This document shows, piece by piece, positions 32,789 through 39,855 of a DNA stretch of 39,855 bases. The notes beneath the pieces were generated by a model. That model ran no database searches. It had not been told where the DNA came from and worked only from the letters and a program-made list of their open reading frames with translations. The stretch's first letter is position 1, and each line of letters opens with the position of its first letter. The stretch is from a virus (Duplodnaviria > Heunggongvirae > Uroviricota > Caudoviricetes): IMG/VR virus record IMGVR_UViG_2563366875_000003. One strand, written 5' to 3'. The translations under genes were made by a program, and so were the position numbers.

Positions 32789-33532
32789 ATGACAGAGACA
32801 GAATCAGCGATTCTGGCGCACGCCCGGCGATGTGCGCCAGCGGAGTCGTGCGGCTTCGTGGTGAGAACGCCGGAGGGGGAAAGATATTTCCCCTGCGTGA
32901 ATATCTCCGGTGAGCCGGAGGCGTATTTCCGTATGTCGCCGGAAGACTGGCTGCAGGCAGAAATGCAGGGTGAGATTGTGGCGCTGGTCCACAGTCACCC
33001 CGGTGGTCTGCCCTGGCTGAGTGAGGCCGACCGGCGGCTGCAGGTGCAGAGTGATTTGCCGTGGTGGCTGGTCTGCCGGGGAGTGATTCATAAGTTCCGC
33101 TGTGTGCCGCATCTCACCGGGCGGCGCTTTGAGCACGGGGCGACGGACTGTTACACGCTGTTCCGGGATGCTTATCATCTGGCGGGGATTGAGATGCCGG
33201 ACTTTCATCGTGAGGATGACTGGTGGCGTAACGGCCAGAATCTCTATCTGGATAATCTGGAGGCGACGGGGCTGTATCAGGTGCCGTTGTCAGCGGCACA
33301 GCCGGGCGATGTGCTGCTGTGCTGTTTTGGTTCATCGGTGCCGAATCACGCCGCAATTTACTGCGGCGACGGCGAGCTGCTGCACCATATTCCTGAACAA
33401 CTGAGCAAACGAGAGAGGTATACCGACAAATGGCAGCGACGCACACACTCCCTCTGGCGTCACCGGGCATGGCGCGCATCTGCCTTTACGGGGATTTACA
33501 ACGATTTGGCCGCCGCATCGACCTTCGTGTGA
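32789..33532 (+). CDS. K: Tail tip assembly protein K (JAB/MPN plus NlpC/P60-like); shorter start at 32933 also possible
   Basis: ATG at 32789 (MTETESAILAHARRCAPAESCGFVV...) 5 nt after the L stop. Contains HSHPGG (JAMM-like) and a downstream Cys/His region. Confidence 0.85.
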   Translation: MTETESAILAHARRCAPAESCGFVVRTPEGERYFPCVNISGEPEAYFRMSPEDWLQAEMQGEIVALVHSHPGGLPWLSEADRRLQVQSDLPWWLVCRGVIHKFRCVPHLTGRRFEHGATDCYTLFRDAYHLAGIEMPDFHREDDWWRNGQNLYLDNLEATGLYQVPLSAAQPGDVLLCCFGSSVPNHAAIYCGDGELLHHIPEQLSKRERYTDKWQRRTHSLWRHRAWRASAFTGIYNDLAAASTFV

Positions 33533-34101
33533 AAACGGGGGCTGAAGCCATCCGGGCACTGGCCACACAGCTCCCGGCGTTTCGTCAGAAACTGAGCGAC
33601 GGCTGGTATCAGGTACGGATTTCCGGGCGGGACGTCAGCACGTCCGGGTTAACGGCTCAGTTACATGAGACTCTGCCTGATGGCGCTGTGATTCATATTG
33701 TTCCCAGAGTCGCCGGGGCCAAGTCAGGGGGCGTATTCCAGATTGTCCTGGGGGCTGCCGCCATTGCCGGATCATTCTTTACCGCCGGAGCCACCCTTGC
33801 AGCATGGGGGGCAGCCATTGGGGCCGGTGGTATGACCGGCATCCTGTTTTCTCTCGGTGCCAGTATGGTGCTCGGTGGTGTGGCGCAGATGCTGGCACCG
33901 AAAGCCAGAACTCCCCGTACACAGACAACGGATAACGGCAAACAGAACACCTATTTCTCCTCACTGGATAACATGGTTGCCCAGGGCAATGTTCTGCCCG
34001 TTCTGTACGGTGAAATGCGCGTGGGGTCGCGGGTGGTCTCTCAGGAGATCAGCACGGCAGACGAAGGGGACGGTGGTCAGGTTGTGGTGATTGGTCGTTG
34101 A
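33430..34101 (+). CDS. I: Tail tip protein I
   Basis: 223-aa ORF overlapping the K 3' end, with hydrophobic Gly/Ala-rich central segment. Confidence 0.9.
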   Translation: MAATHTLPLASPGMARICLYGDLQRFGRRIDLRVKTGAEAIRALATQLPAFRQKLSDGWYQVRISGRDVSTSGLTAQLHETLPDGAVIHIVPRVAGAKSGGVFQIVLGAAAIAGSFFTAGATLAAWGAAIGAGGMTGILFSLGASMVLGGVAQMLAPKARTPRTQTTDNGKQNTYFSSLDNMVAQGNVLPVLYGEMRVGSRVVSQEISTADEGDGGQVVVIGR

Positions 34102-34161
34102 TGAAAAACGTTTTATGTGAAACCGCTTCCGGGCGGTTTTGTCGTTTATGGAGCGTGAGGA

Positions 34162-37100
34162 ATGGGTAAAGGCAGCAGTAAGGGGCATACCCCGCGCGAA
34201 GCGAAAGATAACCTGAAATCCACGCAGTTACTGAGTGTGATTGATGCCATCAGCGAAGGGCCGGTTGAAGGTCCGGTGGATGGATTAAAAAGCGTGCTGC
34301 TGAACAGTACGCCGGTGCTGGACAGTGAGGGGAATACCAACATCTCCGGCGTCACGGTGGTGTTCCGGGCAGGTGAGCAGGAGCAGACACCGCCGGAGGG
34401 ATTTGAATCCTCCGGCTCCGAGACGGTGCTGGGTACGGAAGTGAAATACGACACGCCGATCACCCGGACCATCACGTCGGCAAACATTGACCGACTGCGC
34501 TTTACCTTCGGTGTGCAGGCACTGGTGGAAACCACCTCAAAGGGGGACAGGAATCCATCGGAAGTCCGCCTGCTGGTTCAGATACAGCGTAATGGTGGCT
34601 GGGTGACGGAAAAAGACATCACCATTAAGGGCAAAACCACCTCGCAGTATCTGGCCTCGGTGGTGGTGGATAACCTGCCGCCGCGCCCGTTTAATATCCG
34701 GATGCGCAGGATGACGCCGGACAGCACCACAGACCAGCTGCAGAACAAAACGCTCTGGTCGTCATACACCGAAATCATCGATGTGAAACAGTGCTACCCG
34801 AACACGGCACTGGTCGGCGTGCAGGTGGACTCGGAGCAGTTCGGCAGTCAGCAGGTGAGCCGTAATTATCATCTTCGCGGGCGCATTCTGCAGGTGCCGT
34901 CGAACTATAACCCGCAGACGCGGCAATACAGCGGTATCTGGGACGGAACGTTTAAGCCGGCATACAGCGACAACATGGCCTGGTGTCTGTGGGATATGCT
35001 GACCCACCCGCGCTACGGCATGGGGAAACGTCTTGGTGCGGCGGATGTGGATAAATGGGCGCTGTATGTCATCGGCCAGTACTGCGACCAGTCAGTGCCG
35101 GACGGCTTTGGCGGCACGGAGCCGCGCATCACCTGTAATGCGTACCTGACCACACAGCGCAAGGCGTGGGATGTGCTCAGTGATTTCTGCTCGGCGATGC
35201 GCTGTATGCCGGTATGGAACGGGCAGACGCTGACGTTCGTGCAGGACCGACCATCAGATAAGGTGTGGACCTATAACCGCAGTAATGTGGTGATGCCGGA
35301 TGATGGCGCGCCGTTCCGCTACAGTTTCAGCGCCCTGAAGGACCGCCATAATGCCGTTGAGGTGAACTGGATTGACCCGAACAACGGCTGGGAGACGGCG
35401 ACAGAGCTTGTTGAAGATACGCAGGCCATTGCCCGTTACGGTCGTAATGTCACGAAGATGGATGCCTTTGGTTGTACCAGTCGGGGGCAGGCACACCGCG
35501 CCGGGCTGTGGCTGATTAAAACGGAGCTGCTGGAAACGCAGACCGTGGACTTCAGCGTGGGCGCAGAAGGGCTTCGCCATGTGCCGGGCGATGTCATTGA
35601 AATCTGTGATGATGACTATGCCGGTATCAGCATCGGCGGGCGCGTGCTGGCGGTGAACAGCCAGACCCGGACGCTGACGCTCGACCGTGAAATCACGCTG
35701 CCATCCTCCGGTACCACGCTGATAAGCCTGGTTGACGGAAGTGGCAATCCGGTCAGCGTGGAGGTCCAGTCCGTCACCGACGGCGTGAAGGTAAAAGTGA
35801 GCCGTGTTCCTGACGGTGTTGCAGAATACAGCGTGTGGGGGCTGAAGCTGCCGACGCTGCGCCAGCGCCTGTTCCGCTGCGTGAGTATCCGTGAGAACGA
35901 CGACGGCACGTATGCCATCACCGCCGTGCAGCATGTACCGGAAAAAGAAGCCATCGTGGATAACGGGGCGCACTTTGACGGGGACCAGAGCGGCACGGTG
36001 AATGGTGTCACGCCGCCAGCAGTGCAGCACCTGACTGCCGAAGTTACCGCAGACAGCGGGGAGTATCAGGTACTGGCCCGCTGGGACACGCCGAAGGTGG
36101 TGAAGGGCGTGAGTTTCATGCTTCGCCTGACCGTGGCAGCGGATGACGGCAGTGAGCGGCTGGTCAGCACAGCCCGGACGGCGGAAACCACATACCGCTT
36201 CACGCAACTGGCGCTGGGGAACTACAGGCTGACAGTCCGGGCGGTAAATGCCTGGGGGCAGCAGGGTGATCCGGCGTCGGTATCATTCCGGATTGCCGCA
36301 CCGGCAGCACCGTCGCGGATTGAGCTGACGCCGGGCTATTTTCAGATAACCGCCACGCCGCATCTTGCGGTTTATGACCCGACGGTACAGTTTGAGTTCT
36401 GGTTCTCGGAAAAACGGATTGCGGATATCAGGCAGGTTGAAACCAGCGCGCGTTATCTTGGTACGGCACTGTACTGGATAGCCGCCAGTATCAATATCAA
36501 ACCGGGCCATGATTATTATTTTTACGTTCGCAGTGTGAACACCGTTGGCAAATCGGCATTCGTGGAGGCTGTCGGTCAGCCGAGTGATGATGCATCAGGC
36601 TATCTGGATTTTTTCAAAGGCAAGATAACCGAATCCCATCTCGGCAAGGAGCTGCTGGAAAAAGTTGATCTGACGGAGGATAACGCCAGCAGACTGGATG
36701 AGTTTTCGAAAGAGTGGCAGGACGCTAACGATAAATGGAATGCCATGTGGGGCGTCAAAATTGAGCAGACCAAAGACGGCAAACATTATGTCGCGGGTAT
36801 TGGCCTCAGCATGGAGGACACGGAGGAAGGCAAACTGAGCCAGTTTCTGGTTGCCGCTAACCGTATCGCGTTTATTGACCCGGCAAACGGGAATGAAACG
36901 CCGATGTTTGTGGCGCAGGGCAACCAGATATTCATGAACGACGTGTTCCTGAAGCGCCTGACAGCCCCCGCCATTACCAGCGGTGGCAGTCCTCCGGTAT
37001 TTTCCCTGACATCAGACGGGAGGCTGACGGCGAAAAATGCGGATATCAGTGGTAGTGTGAATGCGAACTCAGGAACGCTCAACAATGTCACGATTAACCA

Positions 37101-37575
37101 GAACTGTACGATTAAGGGCATGCTGGAGGCGACCCAGGTCAGAGGAGATTTCGTTAAAGCTGTATCAAAAGCCTTCCCGAAAAAAGTCGGTACGTGGGGT
37201 AACACGGAAACACCAAACGGTACGGTTACAGTCACCATCAGCGATGATCATAACTTTGACCGCCAGATTATTATTCCGCCCATTATTTTTAACGGTATAG
37301 CGTATGACGATCCGGGGAGCGGAAATAACCCAGGAGGCACGCGATACACGGGTTATGGTTTTGAAGTTCGCAAAAACGGCGTATTAATCGCATCCAGAGA
37401 AACTAAAGGGGCCATTCCCGGTAGTTACAGTGCAGTTATTGATATGCCGAGTGGCAGGGGAAGCGTCACTCTGGAGTTTAAGATTTTCCAGAAAGGCAAT
37501 CAGGGGGCAGGCAATATCACCGACTGTACGGTGATTGTGACCAAAAAAGCCGCTTCCGGCATCAGTATTCGTTGA
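34162..37575 (+). CDS. J: Central tail fibre / host-specificity protein J
   Basis: 1137-aa [57 protein letters not shown]...; fibronectin-III-like repeats and C-terminal receptor-binding region. Confidence 0.95.
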   Translation: MGKGSSKGHTPREAKDNLKSTQLLSVIDAISEGPVEGPVDGLKSVLLNSTPVLDSEGNTNISGVTVVFRAGEQEQTPPEGFESSGSETVLGTEVKYDTPITRTITSANIDRLRFTFGVQALVETTSKGDRNPSEVRLLVQIQRNGGWVTEKDITIKGKTTSQYLASVVVDNLPPRPFNIRMRRMTPDSTTDQLQNKTLWSSYTEIIDVKQCYPNTALVGVQVDSEQFGSQQVSRNYHLRGRILQVPSNYNPQTRQYSGIWDGTFKPAYSDNMAWCLWDMLTHPRYGMGKRLGAADVDKWALYVIGQYCDQSVPDGFGGTEPRITCNAYLTTQRKAWDVLSDFCSAMRCMPVWNGQTLTFVQDRPSDKVWTYNRSNVVMPDDGAPFRYSFSALKDRHNAVEVNWIDPNNGWETATELVEDTQAIARYGRNVTKMDAFGCTSRGQAHRAGLWLIKTELLETQTVDFSVGAEGLRHVPGDVIEICDDDYAGISIGGRVLAVNSQTRTLTLDREITLPSSGTTLISLVDGSGNPVSVEVQSVTDGVKVKVSRVPDGVAEYSVWGLKLPTLRQRLFRCVSIRENDDGTYAITAVQHVPEKEAIVDNGAHFDGDQSGTVNGVTPPAVQHLTAEVTADSGEYQVLARWDTPKVVKGVSFMLRLTVAADDGSERLVSTARTAETTYRFTQLALGNYRLTVRAVNAWGQQGDPASVSFRIAAPAAPSRIELTPGYFQITATPHLAVYDPTVQFEFWFSEKRIADIRQVETSARYLGTALYWIAASINIKPGHDYYFYVRSVNTVGKSAFVEAVGQPSDDASGYLDFFKGKITESHLGKELLEKVDLTEDNASRLDEFSKEWQDANDKWNAMWGVKIEQTKDGKHYVAGIGLSMEDTEEGKLSQFLVAANRIAFIDPANGNETPMFVAQGNQIFMNDVFLKRLTAPAITSGGSPPVFSLTSDGRLTAKNADISGSVNANSGTLNNVTINQNCTIKGMLEATQVRGDFVKAVSKAFPKKVGTWGNTETPNGTVTVTISDDHNFDRQIIIPPIIFNGIAYDDPGSGNNPGGTRYTGYGFEVRKNGVLIASRETKGAIPGSYSAVIDMPSGRGSVTLEFKIFQKGNQGAGNITDCTVIVTKKAASGISIR

Positions 37576-37596
37576 AATATTTATAACCCCAATAAA

Positions 37597-37622
37597 GGGC
37601 GTCAGGAATGACGCCTTTTTTA
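37597..37622 (+). terminator. Intrinsic terminator downstream of J
   Basis: gggcgtca-ggaa-tgacgcc hairpin followed by TTTTTTTATT. Confidence 0.6.
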
Positions 37623-37645
37623 TTGCAGAAAAGCGAGAGGTAATT

Positions 37646-38280
37646 ATGCGTAAAGTTTGTGCAGCAATTTTGTCCGCAGCCATTTGTCTGGCCGTATCCG
37701 GTGCGCCTGCATGGGCGTCTGAACATCAGTCCACGCTGAGCGCGGGGTATCTTCATGCCTCGACGAACGTCCCCGGCAGTGATGATCTGAACGGGATTAA
37801 CGTGAAATACCGTTATGAGTTTACGGACACACTGGGGCTGGTGACGTCATTCAGCTATGCAGGAGACTGGGGCTGGTGACGTCATTCAGCTATGCAGGAG
37901 ACAAGAATCGCCAGCTGACCCGTTACAGCGATACCCGCTGGCATGAAGATTCCGTTCGTAACCGCTGGTTCAGCGTAATGGCGGGGCCGTCTGTGCGCGT
38001 GAATGAATGGTTCAGCGCGTATGCGATGGCGGGTGTGGCTTACAGCCGTGTGTCGACTTTCTCCGGGGATTATCTTCGCGTAACTGACAACAAGGGGAAA
38101 ACGCACGACGTGCTGACCGGAAGTGATGACGGTCGCCACAGCAACACGTCTCTGGCGTGGGGGGCTGGCGTGCAGTTTAACCCGACCGAATCCGTGGCCA
38201 TTGATATTGCTTATGAAGGCTCCGGCAGTGGTGACTGGCGCACTGACGGTTTCATCGTGGGTGTCGGTTATAAATTCTGA
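37646..38280 (+). pseudogene. lom: lom (Ail/OmpX/PagC-family outer-membrane protein) disrupted by a 35-bp tandem duplication
   Basis: Signal peptide MRKVCAAILSAAICLAVSGAPAWA; ORF 37646-37879 stops early (...TSFSYAGDWGW then stop) and ORF 37876-38280 resumes with ...TSFSYAGDKNRQLTRY...GVGYKF. The two pieces sum to a normal 199-aa Lom once one repeat copy is removed. Confidence 0.85.
37832..37901 (+). repeat. Perfect 35-bp direct tandem duplication inside lom
   Basis: CTGGGGCTGGTGACGTCATTCAGCTATGCAGGAGA at 37832-37866 is repeated exactly at 37867-37901 (boundary ambiguous by 1 nt). Confidence 0.9.
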
Positions 38281-38306
38281 TTAGCCAGGTAACACAGTGT
38301 TATGAC

Positions 38307-38334
38307 AGCCCGCCGGTTCAGGCGGGCTTTTTTG
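38307..38334 (+). terminator. Intrinsic terminator downstream of lom
   Basis: agcccgcc-ggttca-ggcgggct hairpin followed by TTTTTT. Confidence 0.6.
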
Positions 38335-38344
38335 TGGGGTGAAT

Positions 38345-39855
38345 ATGGCAGTAAAGATTTCAGGTGTACTGAAAGACGGCACAGGAAAACCGGTACAGAA
38401 CTGCACAATCCAGCTGAAAGCAAAACGTAACAGCACCACGGTGGTGGTGAACACGCTGGCCTCAGAAAATCCGGATGAAGCCGGGCGTTACAGCATGGAC
38501 GTTGAGTACGGGCAGTACAGCGTTATTCTGTTGGTGGAGGGATTCCCGCCGTCACATGCCGGGACCATCACCGTGTATGAAGATTCCCGACCCGGTACGC
38601 TGAATGATTTTCTCGGTGCCATGACGGAGGATGATGCCCGTCCTGAGGCACTGCGCCGTTTTGAACTGATGGTGGAAGAGGTGACGCGTAACGCGTCCGC
38701 GGTGGCACAGAACACGGCAGCCGCGAAGAAGTCAGCCAGCGATGCCGGCACATCAGCCCGTGAGGCGGCAACCCATGCGACTGATGCTGCAGGCTCAGCA
38801 CGCGCAGCCAGCACGTCAGCCGGACAGGCCGCGACTTCGGCTCAGGAGGCGTCTTCCAGCGCAGGAACGGCATCAACAAAGGCCACTGAAGCATCAAAAA
38901 GTGCTGCCGCTGCAGAGTCCTCAAAAAGCGCGGCGGCCACCAGTGCCGGTGCGGCGAAAACGTCAGAAACGAATGCTGCAGCGTCACAAAAATCAGCAGC
39001 CACTTCTGCATCCACTGCGACGACGAAAGCGTCAGAAGCCGCCACTTCAGCCAGAGATGCGGCGGCCTCCAAAGAGGCGGCAAAATCATCAGAAACGAAC
39101 GCCTCCACAAGCGCCAGCAGTGCAGCCTCCTCGGCAACGGCGGCAGGAAATTCCGTGAAGGCGGCAAAAACGTCCGAGACGAATGCCAGGTCTTCTGAAA
39201 CGGCAGCGGGACAGAGCGCCTCGGCTGCGGCAGGCTCAAAAACAGCGGCTGCGTCGTCTGCCAGTGCCGCGTCAACAAGTGCCGGGCAGGCCTCAGCCAG
39301 TGCCACCGCCGCCGGAAAATCGGCAGAAAGCGCCGCATCATCCGCTTCAACAGCCACAACGAAGGCTGGCGAAGCCACTGAACAGGCCAGCGCAGCAGCG
39401 AGGTCTGCTTCCGCAGCGAAGACATCCGAAACGAACGCGAAAGCGTCGGAAACCAGCGCAGAATCCTCAAAAACGGCTGCCGCATCGTCCGCCAGTTCGG
39501 CGGCGTCATCGGCATCATCGGCGTCTGCTTCAAAAGATGAGGCGACCAGACAAGCGTCCGCAGCGAAGGGCAGCGCCACGACAGCATCCACGAAGGCGAC
39601 AGAGGCTGCTGGCAGTGCGGCAGCGGCAGCACAGAGCAAAAGTACGGCGGAATCCGCGGCAACGCGCGCCGAGACAGCGGCAAAACGGGCAGAGGATATT
39701 GCATCCGCCGTGGCGCTTGAGGATGCGAGCACGACGAAAAAGGGGATAGTACAGCTCAGCAGTGCGACCAACAGCACTTCCGAGTCACAGGCGGCAACGC
39801 CAAAAGCCGTTAAGGCCGCGTATGACCTGGCTAACGGGAAATACACCGCACAGGA
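38345..39855 (+). CDS. stf: Side tail fibre protein Stf, N-terminal part (runs off the window end)
   Basis: ATG at 38345; hand translation is open for 503 codons to the window end. N-terminus MAVKISGVLKDGTGKPVQNCTIQLKAKRNSTTVVVN..., a long Ala/Ser/Thr-rich repeat region (recurring KTSETNA units), then the conserved ...KKGIVQLSSATNSTSESQAATPKAVKAAYDLANGKYTAQ. Confidence 0.85.
   Translation, partial: MAVKISGVLKDGTGKPVQNCTIQLKAKRNSTTVVVNTLASENPDEAGRYSMDVEYGQYSVILLVEGFPPSHAGTITVYEDSRPGTLNDFLGAMTEDDARPEALRRFELMVEEVTRNASAVAQNTAAAKKSASDAGTSAREAATHATDAAGSARAASTSAGQAATSAQEASSSAGTASTKATEASKSAAAAESSKSAAATSAGAAKTSETNAAASQKSAATSASTATTKASEAATSARDAAASKEAAKSSETNASTSASSAASSATAAGNSVKAAKTSETNARSSETAAGQSASAAAGSKTAAASSASAASTSAGQASASATAAGKSAESAASSASTATTKAGEATEQASAAARSASAAKTSETNAKASETSAESSKTAAASSASSAASSASSASASKDEATRQASAAKGSATTASTKATEAAGSAAAAAQSKSTAESAATRAETAAKRAEDIASAVALEDASTTKKGIVQLSSATNSTSESQAATPKAVKAAYDLANGKYTAQ

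Noticed and set aside
35254-36207. 317-aa minus-strand ORF inside J, and similar antisense ORFs inside H (30375-30905, 30851-31369) and int (425-741)
   Set aside because: They are fully nested antisense to long, well-supported genes, with no start context and Arg/His-rich composition typical of antisense frames of GC-rich coding sequence.
37832-37901. The 35-bp tandem repeat as a regulatory or mobile element
   Set aside because: It lies inside the lom coding sequence and duplicates coding sequence exactly; it is best explained as a slippage duplication. It is kept as a finding, but only as a gene lesion.
38568-39846. Long minus-strand ORFs (378 aa and 334 aa) and other-frame plus-strand ORFs (38742-39158, 39183-39749) over the stf repeat region
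   Set aside because: They are Ala/Pro/Arg-rich low-complexity translations of the GC-rich Ala/Ser codon repeats of stf. The stf frame itself is continuously open from 38345 and has a recognisable conserved start and KKGIVQLSSATNSTSE motif.

Overview
The window is an almost complete integrated lambdoid prophage (about 39.8 kb), lying in phage-lambda map orientation from int to the start of stf. All calls rest on reading the six-frame translations and on remembered protein families and lambda coordinates; no database search or alignment was run. Layout: (1) 1-1650, a non-lambda integration module on the minus strand (P22/Sf6-family tyrosine integrase, excisionase, one unknown 92-aa ORF). (2) About 1690-12330, lambda-type early-left, immunity and replication regions (TraR-like orf73, orf61/63/60a, exo, bet, gam, kil, cIII, ea10, ral, sieB, N, nutL, oL/pL, rexB, rexA, cI, oR, cro, nutR, cII, O with ori iterons, P, ren, ninB). 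(3) About 12330-17100, a non-lambda nin/Q/lysis module of the DLP12 / phage 21 / phage 82 type (Dam-like methyltransferase, ninE, two small unknown ORFs, rusA, ylcG-like, Q of the 82/QuuD type, a convergent OmpC-family porin, S21-type holin, SAR endolysin). (4) About 17100-39855, lambda-type Rz/Rz1, bor, cos, then the full head and tail gene set Nu1-A-W-B-C/Nu3-D-E-FI-FII-Z-U-V-G/T-H-M-L-K-I-J, lom and the 5' part of stf, which runs off the window. Three lesions are visible directly in the sequence: bet is split by a single in-frame amber codon, lom is broken by a 35-bp perfect tandem duplication, and the upstream start of the long Gam isoform is out of frame with gam. No rRNA, tRNA or CRISPR array was found. 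I found no large uncharacterised gene cluster that would amount to a new biological system; the unexplained material is limited to a few small ORFs at the module junctions.
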